Positions 1 to 10,288 are shown, numbered from the stretch's first letter. The stretch is 64,000 nt of DNA from an uncultured delta proteobacterium (GCA_963816145.1 CAWFJP010000003.1:512001-576000), one strand, 5' to 3'. Program-made: numbers and translations. The notes: a model not told the origin generated them from the sequence alone.

Positions 1-336
1 CAGCACTTCGGATTCGGAATAAAGCGTGTCGCCGGCGAATAACGGATTAGGCAGCGTAATGCCGTCCCAGCCCAGGGCAAAGCCGTTCTCGCTCACGTCG
101 GCCACACCCATGCCGGCGACAATAGCCAAAGTTAACGCGCTGTTGATCAAGCACTTGCCGAATTCGGTGCGCTTGCCGTACTCGTTGTTGAAATGAATTT
201 GATTGGTGTTGTTGGTCAGCAAAGTAAACCAGATATTATCCGCTTCCGTGACCGTGCGACCGAGACGGCAACGGTAAATATCACCGATCTCGAAGTCTTC
301 GAAAAAACGACCTTCCCAGCCTGGCTTAACGGCCAT
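1..336 (-). CDS. MaoC-family (single hot-dog) dehydratase, RipB/itaconyl-CoA hydratase-like; 3' end runs off the window
   Basis: Own translation from ATG at 336: MAVKPGWEGRFFEDFEIGDIYRCRLGRTVTEADNIWFTLLTNNTNQIHFN...LFAGDTLYSESEVL. MaoC 'FEDF..G' and 'DN..F..LT.N...IH' motifs; AGGAG RBS upstream. Confidence 0.9.
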   Translation of the reverse strand, partial: MAVKPGWEGRFFEDFEIGDIYRCRLGRTVTEADNIWFTLLTNNTNQIHFNNEYGKRTEFGKCLINSALTLAIVAGMGVADVSENGFALGWDGITLPNPLFAGDTLYSESEVL

Positions 337-400
337 GACACTCCTCCTCTTTTGGCGCTAAAAACATTAGGTTATAGTCTACCGACTATAGGAGGCATCG

Positions 401-1561
401 ATGGATTTCAACCTGACAATCGAACAGCAGCAAATCCGTGAAGAAATTAAAAAAGTCTGCAAAGAATTCCCCGATGCCTACTGGCGCAAGGTCGACAGCG
501 AGAAAGCCTACCCCGACGCCTTCGTGAAAAAACTCGGCGATCACGGCTGGCTCGCGGCGCTCATTCCAGAAGAATATGGCGGCACAGGGCTGGGAATCAC
601 CGAAGCGAGCATCATCTTGGAAGAGATCAACCACTCAGGCGGCGTCGCCACCGCCTGCCATGCCCAGATGTACACCATGGGAACTCTCTTGCGCCACGGC
701 AACGCCGAGCAGAAGAAACGCTACTTGCCCAAGATCGCCACCGGCGAGCTGCGCCTGCAGGCCTTCGGCGTCACCGAGCCCAATGCCGGCTCGGAATCGA
801 CGAGGATTCAAACCGGCGCGGTTAAGAAAGGCGACCGCTATCTGATCAACGGGCAAAAGATTTTCATCTCGCGGGTCTTGCAGTCCGACCTCATGCTGCT
901 GCTCGCCAGAACCACGCCCTATGACGAATTGACGGATAAAACCCGCGGCCTATCGGTCTTCATCGTCGACTTGAAAGCCAATCAAGGAAAACTTGAAGTG
1001 AAGCCGCTGGACTTGATGATCAACCACCACACCAACGCGCTGTTTTTCGACAATGTTGAAGTGCCGGTTGAAAATCTCATCGGCGAGGAAGGCATGGGCT
1101 TTCGCTATATCATCGATGGCTGGAACGCTGAGCGAATCCTCGTCGCCGCCGAAGCGATCGGCGACGGCCGCTGGTTCGTCGAGCGGGCGGCCAAGTATGC
1201 GAGCGAACGCATCGTCTTCGGCAAGCCCATCGGCTCCAATCAAGGCATTCAGTTTCCCATCGCCAAGGCTTACGCCAATATCGAAGCCGCGGATTTAGTC
1301 CGCTACCAAGCCGCGACCAGGTTCGACCGCAAAGAAAAATGCGGCGCCGAAGCGAACCTGGCCAAGTACCTTGCTTCGGAGGCTGCTTGGGAAGCCGCCA
1401 ATGCCTGCTTGACCACTCATGGCGGATACGGCTTTGCCGCGGAATACGATGTTGAAAGGAAATTTCGCGAAACGCGACTGCTCACTGTCGCGCCCGTGAG
1501 TAACAACCTCGTGCTCGCCTATCTAGGACAGCATGTGTTGGGTATGCCGAAGTCTTATTAA
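401..1561 (+). CDS. acyl-CoA dehydrogenase
   Basis: FGVTEPNAGS, INGQKIFISR and HGGYGFAAEYDVER motifs; GGAGG RBS. Confidence 0.95.
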   Translation: MDFNLTIEQQQIREEIKKVCKEFPDAYWRKVDSEKAYPDAFVKKLGDHGWLAALIPEEYGGTGLGITEASIILEEINHSGGVATACHAQMYTMGTLLRHGNAEQKKRYLPKIATGELRLQAFGVTEPNAGSESTRIQTGAVKKGDRYLINGQKIFISRVLQSDLMLLLARTTPYDELTDKTRGLSVFIVDLKANQGKLEVKPLDLMINHHTNALFFDNVEVPVENLIGEEGMGFRYIIDGWNAERILVAAEAIGDGRWFVERAAKYASERIVFGKPIGSNQGIQFPIAKAYANIEAADLVRYQAATRFDRKEKCGAEANLAKYLASEAAWEAANACLTTHGGYGFAAEYDVERKFRETRLLTVAPVSNNLVLAYLGQHVLGMPKSY

Positions 1562-1614
1562 ATCAGTCTTGCGATTGGAGTGTAATATTTTAGTCGGAAC
1601 TGAGAACCCTAAAC

Positions 1615-2817
1615 TTATACTGCCAAACTCTTTGATTCTACGGAGCTGCTCAAGCGCTTCACTATCAAGACACCGATCAGAAACAGCGCCGTCGACCCCA
1701 ACGAACCGACGACAAACACACTGGCGATACCCGTGGCTTGAGCGATAAAGCCGCCGATCGACGGGCCGAGAATATTGCCCACATCGCCGGCAGCATTGTA
1801 GACACCGGAGGCCAGGCCGCGGCGGACTTTTGTCTCCGGCACGTCCTGCACCAAGCCGACGGCGTTGGCGACGATGACGATGGCGCGCATAAAGCCCGAA
1901 GCGACATAGACGACGATGATCGCGCCAAAGCTCGTAAACAGCGGTACCAGCATCAAGATCATCGATTGCAGCGGTAGGCCGAAATACGACAACCCCTTGT
2001 GCCCGAATTTATTGACCACGTGGCCGCTGATTGGCCTGGTTACCGCATTACAGCCCGCGTAGGCGGCCCGAATAATGCCGATTTGGGTTAAGCTCATCCC
2101 CACCGCCAGGCCGTAGAGGGAGATAAACACACCGCCCATTTGATGCAGCAGATTCAAAAACAGCGCGACCAATACTACGGTCGCCAACTCGGGCTCGAGC
2201 AGCGCGCGCGCCGATTCTCGCACCGTAAGTCTGCCAACTTCTTTGGCTTTACCCGGTACTGGCGCATCGCTGCTCGGACCATGCAAAAACCATAAGAGCG
2301 CCACAGCGACGAAGGACAGCAGCGCGCCCAATTGAAACGTCCAGGAGTAGCCCCAGTGGTCGGCAATCAGCCCGCCGAAAAAATTTCCCGTCGAGTAACC
2401 CATCGCCAGGCAGCCGACGTAGTAACCGATGGCATGATTGCGGTTCTCATCCGGCGCCAACGAATCGACGTAGAACGCCATGTACAGGGTCGTCACGGCG
2501 CTGTAAGCAAACCCGTTGAGACAATGGACGAGGGCGAAGGACAAGCTGCTCGCGGCAAAACTATAGCAATAGTTGGTCAGCCCCATCGCCAGGATCGCAA
2601 GCGACAAAAGCGAGCGCGCGTGGCTGCGGCTGTAGAGCATGCCGATGGGCAGACGAGCCATGAGTGCGAAGATCGGCCCGAGCGAAATCAAGCTACCGAT
2701 CAATGCCACCGGAATGCGCATGTGGTCGAGATAAGGCGGAATGACAGTCGATGCCGAGTTGCTCTGGATCGTCACAGCGATGATGGGCACCAGAAGTTTG
2801 GCGGTGCTAAGTTTCAT
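1615..2817 (-). CDS. MFS transporter
   Basis: About 12 hydrophobic segments and MFS-like GLIADHWG / GHVVNKFG loops. Start moved to ATG 2817 because the longer ORF runs through an intergenic palindrome. Confidence 0.85.
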   Translation of the reverse strand: MKLSTAKLLVPIIAVTIQSNSASTVIPPYLDHMRIPVALIGSLISLGPIFALMARLPIGMLYSRSHARSLLSLAILAMGLTNYCYSFAASSLSFALVHCLNGFAYSAVTTLYMAFYVDSLAPDENRNHAIGYYVGCLAMGYSTGNFFGGLIADHWGYSWTFQLGALLSFVAVALLWFLHGPSSDAPVPGKAKEVGRLTVRESARALLEPELATVVLVALFLNLLHQMGGVFISLYGLAVGMSLTQIGIIRAAYAGCNAVTRPISGHVVNKFGHKGLSYFGLPLQSMILMLVPLFTSFGAIIVVYVASGFMRAIVIVANAVGLVQDVPETKVRRGLASGVYNAAGDVGNILGPSIGGFIAQATGIASVFVVGSLGSTALFLIGVLIVKRLSSSVESKSLAV

Positions 2818-2869
2818 AACATTCCAGTTATTCGCCAAAACTTTCTGCTCTTCAACCAATTCTCCGGAA

Positions 2870-2943
2870 AGATTTCTCTCTGCGGTCGAAATGACAATCG
2901 AAAGTAGATCGCCGATTGTCATCTCGAACGAAGTGAGAGATCT
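2870..2943. repeat. REP-like inverted repeat doublet (family A, GTCAT(T/C)TCGA core)
   Basis: agatttctctctgcggtcgaaatgacaatcg ... cgattgtcatctcgaacgaagtgagagatct form an imperfect 31-bp inverted repeat; a related copy lies at 16313-16379. Confidence 0.8.
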
Positions 2944-3044
2944 CGCCTTCAAAGGGGCGACGAATCGAACCCTCTACTGCCGAACCGAGTCGTTAGACAT
3001 TCGCCGCCCCTTCAGGTAAAAATTTCGGCCAAGGAGATTTTTCG

Positions 3045-3926
3045 ATGGACCTAATCCGCTCGTGGATGTTCGTGCCGGGACATCGGCAAAAAATGATCGA
3101 CAAAGCCCTGGGCCTCAACGCCGACGCGATCATGCTTGATATCGAAGATGGGGTTGCCCCCAATGAAAAGGACTCAGCGCGCAAGAATATCGGCGCATCT
3201 TTGGGCCGCGTCAAAACCGCCGGCTCTCCGGCCCGCTACGTGCGTATCAACGCCATCGGTCACCAGTGGATGGAGGCCGATCTCGCGGCGGTCGTGCGCC
3301 CAGGGCTGGAAGGATTGGTCTGCCCCAAAGTCGACACCGTCGATGATGTGCGGCGAGTCGACGCCCTCCTCAACGGCATGGAAGCCAAGAACCAAATCGC
3401 CAAGGGCAGCGTCCGGCTGCTGATCGCCATCGAGAGCCCCAAAGGGCTATTGAACGCCCCGGCCATCGCGGCGGCCTCGCCGCGCATCGTCGGCATCATT
3501 TTCGGCGCCGAAGACTTTGGCCGCGAGATCGGCCTGCCCGCCGTGCGCGAGGGCGAAGCCCGGGATCTGATCTACGCCCGCTCCGCGATCGTCGTCGCCG
3601 CCGCGGCGGCCCATGTGCAAGCCGTCGACGGCGTGTGGGTCGACCTGAACGACAGCGCCGGATTGCTCGGCTTCGCCAAACAATCGCGCCAGTTGGGCTT
3701 TTCGGCCATGTCGTGCATTCATCCGGCGCAAGTCGACGCGATCAATACCGTCTTCAGTCCGACCGCGGCGGAAATCGACTACTGCCAAAAGGTGCTGCGA
3801 GCGTTTGAAGAAGCCAACGCCCGCGGCGACGGCTCCATCGCTTTCGGCGGCCAGCTGATCGATCGGCCCATTGTCGAACGGGCCCGCCGCACCATCGACA
3901 TGGCCAGGTCGTTGGGGATGATCTAA
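3045..3926 (+). CDS. CitE/HpcH-family CoA-ester lyase (citryl/citramalyl/malyl-CoA lyase-like)
   Basis: RSWMFVPG, DIEDGV, YVRIN, IESPKG, FGAED, CIHPAQ motifs. Confidence 0.92.
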   Translation: MDLIRSWMFVPGHRQKMIDKALGLNADAIMLDIEDGVAPNEKDSARKNIGASLGRVKTAGSPARYVRINAIGHQWMEADLAAVVRPGLEGLVCPKVDTVDDVRRVDALLNGMEAKNQIAKGSVRLLIAIESPKGLLNAPAIAAASPRIVGIIFGAEDFGREIGLPAVREGEARDLIYARSAIVVAAAAAHVQAVDGVWVDLNDSAGLLGFAKQSRQLGFSAMSCIHPAQVDAINTVFSPTAAEIDYCQKVLRAFEEANARGDGSIAFGGQLIDRPIVERARRTIDMARSLGMI

Positions 3927-3964
3927 CATAACTGACCGCGCTGACGCCAAGAAGGAATTACTCG

Positions 3965-4897
3965 ATGAAACTGAAGTTGCCCTTGCTATTGCTTGCCGCC
4001 GGCTACTTGACCATGGGCGCCGCCGCCCCGGTGCGCCTAACGCCGGTCAAGATCGCCGACAACGTTTACATGCTGCAGCACTCCGGCGGGTCAGGAAATT
4101 CCACCGTGGTGATCACCAATGACGGCGTGGTGGTGCTCGATTTTGCCATCGACAGCGCCGACCAAACCATGGCCTTCATCCGCAAGACCACCGACAAGAA
4201 GGTGAAGTATCTCATCACCTCCCATAGCGCCGGCGACCATGCCACCGGGTCCATGCACTTTCGCGAAGACAAGCCCATATGGATTGGCACCAAAAATCAG
4301 ATCCACGACTTTCAAATGCAGGAGTTGAAGGATTTTAACGAGCGCAAAAATTCCAATGACCCACGCTATGCCGCCTACAAAAAGGGCGAATTGGGCCAGC
4401 CCGATATCGGCATCGAAGCACCGACGACAATTTATTTGGGTGGGTTGACCCTTCAAATCACCCCCGAAGGGCGCGGCCATAGCACCGGCGACTTGACGGT
4501 TTATATTCCGCAGAAGCGGGTCATGCTCATGGGAGATTTACTCGACACAGAGATCCACCCCGGCCAAGGCGAGTCGGGAGAGATTTTTTACTCCAATGTC
4601 AAAGGCTGGATTCAAATCCTCGATAACATCATGGCGCGCAACCTGCCGGTGGACACCTACGTCCCCGGCCATGGGCCGGCCCATCTCGGCCGCGGCGTGA
4701 AAGACCTGGAAGAACAGAAACGCTACTTTGTCGTGATGCGCGACGAAGTCGCCAAGATGATCGCCGCGGGGAAGAGCCTGGAGCAGATCGAAAAAGAATT
4801 CAAGGTTCCCCAGGAGTTCGCGCACTACACGCGGCCCGAGCGGCTGCGCTCGTTTTACAAACTTTTTTACAACCAACTGATGGAGACCGGCTACTAG
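3965..4897 (+). CDS. secreted metallo-beta-lactamase-fold hydrolase (cyclase-like)
   Basis: Signal peptide; SHSAGDH (degenerate HxHxDH), GHSTGD, MGDL and VPGHG motifs. Confidence 0.85.
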   Translation: MKLKLPLLLLAAGYLTMGAAAPVRLTPVKIADNVYMLQHSGGSGNSTVVITNDGVVVLDFAIDSADQTMAFIRKTTDKKVKYLITSHSAGDHATGSMHFREDKPIWIGTKNQIHDFQMQELKDFNERKNSNDPRYAAYKKGELGQPDIGIEAPTTIYLGGLTLQITPEGRGHSTGDLTVYIPQKRVMLMGDLLDTEIHPGQGESGEIFYSNVKGWIQILDNIMARNLPVDTYVPGHGPAHLGRGVKDLEEQKRYFVVMRDEVAKMIAAGKSLEQIEKEFKVPQEFAHYTRPERLRSFYKLFYNQLMETGY

Positions 4898-4925
4898 AAC
4901 CAGATTCCAGCCAAGGAGAGCTTCG

Positions 4926-5975
4926 ATGCAGAAATTCGCAGCAGCCTTAATTTTCATTTTATCGAGCGCCAGCGCCGCTTGGTCGCAGCCAAAGATGTCC
5001 ACCGAGCAATTGGCCGCTTATAACAAACCGGACCGCGAAAAAATGCTCTATGCCGGGGCGAAAGCCGAGGGCAAGGTGACCTGGTACACTTCGCTGGCCG
5101 GCGATTCCTACAAGAAACTCGCCGCCGCGTACGAAGCCCGTTATCCCGGCGTCTCGGTGGAATCCTACCGCGCCACGCGCCAGGAAATGAGCGCGCGCAT
5201 CTTGGCCGAGTCCCAGGCACAGCGCTACATCGCCGACACCATGGAGACGACGATCCCGCTGTTGAAGCTATTGAAGGACAACAACTGGCTGGTGCCTTAC
5301 TACTTCTCGACCATTGCCAAATATCCCGACAACGTCAAAGAAAAGGCGTCCAATGGTCTGGTCTACTGGGCCATCGACCGTGAATCCCATATCGGCCTCG
5401 CTTACAATAAAAACTTAATCCCGGCGAAATCGGTGCCGCGCAACTACGAAGGACTCCTGCGGCCGGAGCTGAAGGACAAAATATCTTTTGCCGGCAGCGA
5501 TACCGGCGTCACCGTCACCGGTGCCATGCTCAAATTCAAAGGCGAGGAATATATAAAAAAGCTGCGAGCTTTGAACCCCTCCGTTCATAATGTATCCGGC
5601 CGCGCGTTGCTCGACATGGTGATCTCCGGTGAGGTCGGCGTTTCGCCCACGACGTTCCGTAACCATGTCGAAGTTTCGCTCAAAGCCGGCGCGCCCATCG
5701 AATGGATCCCCATGGATGTTGTACCAGCCAACTCCGGCTCCACCGCCGTATTGGCCAAAGCGCCGCATCCGCACGCCGCCCTGTTGTTAGCCGACTTTAT
5801 TCTCGGCCCAGGCGGACAAAAGGTTCTGGAAGAATATGAGTACGGCAATCCGACCAAGGACTACGGCTTCAAACGCTGGTATCCCGAGCAGGGTATGAGC
5901 GCGGAACAGATCGACAACCTCGAAAGCAAATGGCGCACAATCATGCGCGATTTGACCCGGAGATCTTCGTTCTAG
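4926..5975 (+). CDS. ABC-type extracellular solute-binding protein (AfuA/Fe3+-thiamine-like class)
   Basis: Signal peptide; AKAEGKVTWYTS, YNKNL and APHPHAALLLADFIL motifs. Confidence 0.85.
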   Translation: MQKFAAALIFILSSASAAWSQPKMSTEQLAAYNKPDREKMLYAGAKAEGKVTWYTSLAGDSYKKLAAAYEARYPGVSVESYRATRQEMSARILAESQAQRYIADTMETTIPLLKLLKDNNWLVPYYFSTIAKYPDNVKEKASNGLVYWAIDRESHIGLAYNKNLIPAKSVPRNYEGLLRPELKDKISFAGSDTGVTVTGAMLKFKGEEYIKKLRALNPSVHNVSGRALLDMVISGEVGVSPTTFRNHVEVSLKAGAPIEWIPMDVVPANSGSTAVLAKAPHPHAALLLADFILGPGGQKVLEEYEYGNPTKDYGFKRWYPEQGMSAEQIDNLESKWRTIMRDLTRRSSF

Positions 5976-6002
5976 TTTTTCCAGACTAAGCGAGCTCCTG
6001 CG

Positions 6003-6036
6003 AAAACCAGAGCGTCACACTGACGCTCTGGTTTTT
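6003..6036. terminator. bidirectional intrinsic terminator
   Basis: Perfect hairpin aaaaccagagcgtca-cac-tgacgctctggtttt(t) downstream of the SBP gene. Confidence 0.8.
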
Positions 6037-6092
6037 AACTGACCTGCCGGATATATCATTGAACCAAACTTACCTTTCACGGCGAGGTGATC

Positions 6093-7563
6093 ATGAACAC
6101 CGGTTCATATATCGACGGCAAATGGTTCCACCCCAACTCGAATCGCTTGGTGCGCAATATCAACCCCGCCGATCCTGATGAAGTGATCGCCGAGTTTCCC
6201 GCGGCCACCGCTGACGACGTTGCGCGCGCCATCGATCGCGCCCAAGCAGCGTTTCGCGGCTGGCGAAAAACGCCAGGCCCGGAGCGCGGCCGGGTGTTGT
6301 GGCGCGCCGCCGACATCGCCCGTCAACGCGCCGACGAGATCGCCCGCACGCTCACCCGCGAAGAAGGCAAAATTCTCAAAGAAGCCAAGGGCGAAGTGAT
6401 GAAAGGCATCTCGCTGCTGGAATTCTACGCCGGCGAAGGTTTTCGCATGCACGGCATGACGCTACCGTCCGAAGCGCGCGACACCTTTACTTACACGATT
6501 CGCCGTCCGCTCGGCGTCGTCGGTTTGATCGCGCCGTGGAACTTTCCCTGGGCGATCCCGGTTTGGAAATCCGCGCCGGCGTTGGCCGCGGGCAATTGTG
6601 TGATCTTCAAACCCGCTGAGCTGACGCCAGCCACGGCGGCTCTGCTTACCGAGATTTACGCCGAAGCCGGCCTGCCTGTCGGCGTGTTTAACATGATCGT
6701 CGGTTCCGGCTCCGTGGTCGGCGAGGCGATGGTCATTCGCCGGTGCTGCGCGCCATCTCCTTCACAGGTTCGAACGAAGTCGGCGGCGCGCTTTACGCCA
6801 AGGCGGCCCAGCGCGGCGCCAAGGTCACCTGCGAGATGGGCGGCAAGAACGCGGTCATCGTCATGGCCGACGCCGATCTCGACAAAGCGGCCATCGCCAT
6901 CCATGGCGGCGCTTTCGGCTCCACCGGCCAACGCTGCACGGCAACTTCCCGCGTGATCGTGGCGCCGGCCGTCAAAGACGCCTTGGTTGAACGGTTAGTG
7001 GAAGCTGCGAAAAAAATCAAAGTCGGGTCCGGGATTGGACGAGTCGGTCGATATGGGTCCGGCGGTGGACGACAAGCAGTGGAAAACCGATCTCGACTAC
7101 ATCGCTATCGGCCAACAAGAAGGCGCGCGGCTGTTACTCGGCGGCAAAGCGCCAGAAATAGCTTGGCAATGGCTATTTCGTCGAACCGACAATCTTCGAC
7201 AACGTCGCGCCGACAATGCGCATCTTCAAGGAAGAAATCTTCGGCCCGGTGCTGTCGGTGACGACGGCGAACAATCTTGACGAAGCGCTCAGATACGCCA
7301 ACGGCGTGGATTACGGTCTGACAACATCGATATTCACGGAGAACATCGACACGATCATGAACTTCGTCGAGGAAGTAGAAACCGGCATGGTGCACGTCAA
7401 CGAGCCGACCATCGGCGGCGAAGCCCAACTACCCTTTGGTGGCAGCAAAGCGACGGGAGTCGGCGAGCGGGAGATGGCAGTCGAGGGGCTGAACTTTTTC
7501 ACCGAACTCAAAACCGTCTTCATCAACTACTCCGGCAAAGCGGAGAGGTCGATGACCAGATAG
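6093..7563 (+). CDS. aldehyde dehydrogenase (KGSADH-like), split by three single-base frameshifts (~6736, ~7025, ~7160)
   Basis: Consecutive ORF fragments join into a complete ALDH: IAPWNFP, KPAELTP, FTGS, CEMGGKN, STGQRCTA, EEIFGP, PFGG. No internal stops once the frames are joined. Confidence 0.85.
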
Positions 7564-7667
7564 CGCGTGAACGTCGGCTGAAATGCCACCATGGGGAGAT
7601 AAGGCTTGTTGGCAATCGAGAAAACTTACCGGATATCCGCTCCCAAGCTGTGAACCTGACTCGAATC

Positions 7668-8153
7668 TCACCCTGACCGTGGTGTTCCTATCAACACGAT
7701 CGTGATGAACAGCATGAGCGTAGCAAGGCCAACCATCAGCTTCTTGGATGTACTGAATCTCGTCTTTGGAGAGATAATCGCATTAATAATTGTCACTAGT
7801 AGCCAGACGACTGATGATAAAACGGTAACACACCATACCCATCCGAAGAGCGCGGCAGAATGACCATTAACATTCAGCCGCAATGCCATAATTGCCGTGG
7901 GAAAACCCAAGCTGAAAGGCACTGACAACCACCACCAGGCGTCGGTTCTACTCAGCGTGCCCGTCTTCACCGCAACCCAGAGGGACAATGATAGCCCCAC
8001 GAACGATAGCGGAAATAACAGTAACGCACCTATAGAAATAAATATTGAAAACCCTATGTACTTATCCGCAAAAGAACATGCAACGCTAACAACGCACCAC
8101 GGTAGCAATCGCCGCACCAGCTGAAATTGCTCTTTATCTAACGTCGGAATCAA
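7668..8153 (-). CDS. hypothetical multi-pass membrane protein, AT-richer than its neighbours
   Basis: 161-aa ORF with 4-5 hydrophobic segments; no recognised motif. Confidence 0.5.
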   Translation of the reverse strand: MIPTLDKEQFQLVRRLLPWCVVSVACSFADKYIGFSIFISIGALLLFPLSFVGLSLSLWVAVKTGTLSRTDAWWWLSVPFSLGFPTAIMALRLNVNGHSAALFGWVWCVTVLSSVVWLLVTIINAIISPKTRFSTSKKLMVGLATLMLFITIVLIGTPRSG

Positions 8154-8289
8154 CGTGTGATCTAAGTCTTGGCAACCGGCGACAGAGTCTATCTCCGGGG
8201 AAAAACATCGGGTGAGATTAGGAGCGGTTCGGGAGTATTTCTTATTCTCGCAATCAACGACTCGGGCCCAGAGATGGTTGCCTAAATCG

Positions 8290-8660
8290 CTATTTCTCCA
8301 CCGGCGCGGCGCCCTGCCAGTGGCCGACGTCGACGATGATCCCTTCTGGCCCTTTGTATTTATCTTCGTAGTACGCCGTTCCCAGATTCACCGCACCGGC
8401 CTTGGTCGCGCCGGCGGCTTCAAGCAGCCGGAACTGTTCCTGATCGTTGTCGGTGGAAAAACCGATGTGATCGATACCGGCCTGACCGCCCATGCCCGGC
8501 GGCTAGCGGCAGCACTGTGATGTTCACCTGAACCGTCGCTCAAATCGATGGCGTTGTTCTTACGCTTCTGGATCATCGTCATGCCCATGGCGTCGACGAA
8601 AAACTTCGCCATCGCATCGACATCCACTGCCCGGTAAGCGATATGCCGTATCTTAGCCAT
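8290..8660 (-). CDS. VOC/glyoxalase-family protein, split by two single-base insertions (~8530, ~8495)
   Basis: MAKIRHIAY...DLSDG + VNITVLPL + GIDHIGF...KYKGPEGIIVDV join into one VOC protein; AGGAG RBS. Confidence 0.8.
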
Positions 8661-8689
8661 TGGTTATCTCTCCTTCTTCAGATCCGACG

Positions 8690-8738
8690 TTGAACTTTGA
8701 ACTTTTGAACCCTTGAACTGAGCGCGCGAAAGCGCGCT
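8690..8738. repeat. four tandem TTGAAC units followed by a GAAA-loop hairpin (agcgcgc-gaaa-gcgcgct)
   Basis: Read directly; a similar TTGAAC array lies at 37941-37973. Confidence 0.65.
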
Positions 8739-9241
8739 TATCCGCCGTAAAAAACCTTGTCGCCCAAATCACGCATCGCCAAGATCGCGTCGTCCGGCCG
8801 GCCGCTCGGCGCCACGGCAACGCCGGCATCTTTCACTTCTCCGACAAAGATCGAGTGATCGCCCTTCTCAATGGTATCGACCAGTTCGCATTCGACGAAT
8901 GCCGGCGCCTTTTCCAAGATCGGCGCGCCAAGCGACCCTTTGCGGAACGCTTCGCCGCCGATGGTATTGCCTTCGCGCTCAAGCGGCTTGAAGAAGGTAA
9001 ACGCTTGACCCTTCTGATCTTTGCCCAACATGTTGAGGGCAAACACCTTGGACTCCTTGATAATTGCGTGGGCGCCCGAATCGGCTTTTACACCGACGAC
9101 CACCAGCGGCGGCGCAAATGCAGTCTGGGTCACCCAATTGACTGTCGAAGCGGCCACCTTGCCGTCCTTCCCTTCAGCCGTGAGCACGTAGATTCCATAG
9201 GGAATCATTCGTAACGCAGTTTTTTTCGCATCGGCATCCAT
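8738..9241 (-). CDS. flavin reductase (DIM6/NTAB) family protein
   Basis: LRMIPYGIYVLT, PPLVVVGV and GDHSIFVGEV motifs. Confidence 0.92.
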   Translation of the reverse strand: MDADAKKTALRMIPYGIYVLTAEGKDGKVAASTVNWVTQTAFAPPLVVVGVKADSGAHAIIKESKVFALNMLGKDQKGQAFTFFKPLEREGNTIGGEAFRKGSLGAPILEKAPAFVECELVDTIEKGDHSIFVGEVKDAGVAVAPSGRPDDAILAMRDLGDKVFYGG

Positions 9242-9359
9242 AATCGATAGTTCCTTTCAAATTTGTTTTTGACGTTTCGCGGTCTAAGCGCGAATGCGAA
9301 TCGATTCTATGGGAGCCAATCCAAATGCGCAAGCCGCCGAACTATCGAACTGCCCCATC

Positions 9360-9920
9360 TCACCTGGGCGCCAGGGAGAAGGCGACCGTCGCGAACAGGT
9401 TACCGTTGACCTCGAAACTCCCAACATCGGTCATGCCGAGCCCTGCGACATGGGCGTCGAGTGAATGCTGGTTTGTCCGCGCGATCAGCGCCACGCCGAC
9501 TTCGAAGCTTCCCGCCAGCTCGCGCTTCTGCTCTTGGTATAAGCCACGTAGCAAACCCCGACGCCGGTATGCGCGGTCGATGCACACGGGACCGTATGCG
9601 TAGGAATTATAAGCATCGAGCAGCTTGCCTGCGAAACTCAGGCGATCGTAAGATTCGATCATCTTGGCAACCACCGGCGAACCATGATCGAAGTCATTGC
9701 GGAAGGCACAGAGAAAACCGGCGAGCTGGCCATCGACGATCGCCACGGTCGTGCCGAGATCTTCGGCCATGGCGGCCGTCTGTTCCAACGTGAACACAGC
9801 GGAAAGAAAGCCGTCGCGCCGCTCTTCCTCCGAGAGGTTGGCGATAAAGTTGGCGGCATTGAGACGCACGATGGCGGCATAGTCTTCCGGCCGGGCCCGG
9901 CGAAAGGTCAGGTTACTCAT
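9360..9920 (-). CDS. GNAT-family N-acetyltransferase
   Basis: FRRARPED start; GPVCIDRAYRRRGL acetyl-CoA motif A; N..SL.AH. Confidence 0.85.
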   Translation of the reverse strand: MSNLTFRRARPEDYAAIVRLNAANFIANLSEEERRDGFLSAVFTLEQTAAMAEDLGTTVAIVDGQLAGFLCAFRNDFDHGSPVVAKMIESYDRLSFAGKLLDAYNSYAYGPVCIDRAYRRRGLLRGLYQEQKRELAGSFEVGVALIARTNQHSLDAHVAGLGMTDVGSFEVNGNLFATVAFSLAPR

Positions 9921-10288
9921 GGCGCCGGTTTCGCTTTATCGAGATAGCGCGCAAACTCGTGCTTCTTGTAGCCAAAAAAATTCGCGGAAGTTTGCCGCAC
10001 CAGGGCTCGTTGCCCGGGACGGTAATCCACCGGCAGAGTGGAACCCGCGCGCACGGTTTCACCGCTATCAAGTTTGACGATCAAGTATGAGACCGGTTCG
10101 CTTGGACTTGGATTCCCGGCAAGAGGCATAACGGTGCCGCTGACATCGGTAGAGCGAAAATTGACTTCGATAAGCTGTATCGATCCGAATAGGAGCGCGC
10201 CGCACAAGATAAAAAAGCCCAACTTCCATCCGAGCAACAGCTGCTCGCGCACCAGCAACTTGCTCAAGATCTCGCTGTACCGCCGCAT
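9917..10288 (-). CDS. hypothetical membrane-anchored protein
   Basis: One TM segment followed by a beta-rich domain; stop overlaps the GNAT start (ATGA). Confidence 0.6.
   Translation of the reverse strand: MRRYSEILSKLLVREQLLLGWKLGFFILCGALLFGSIQLIEVNFRSTDVSGTVMPLAGNPSPSEPVSYLIVKLDSGETVRAGSTLPVDYRPGQRALVRQTSANFFGYKKHEFARYLDKAKPAP

Noticed and set aside
2818-2952. N-terminal extension of the MFS ORF in the track
   Set aside because: It is a translation of the REP-like palindrome; ATG 2817 gives a normal MFS start
6093-7563. Programmed ribosomal frameshifting in the ALDH and other split genes
   Set aside because: No slippery heptamer or stimulatory structure seen, multiple shifts in mixed directions, and these families are not known for recoding
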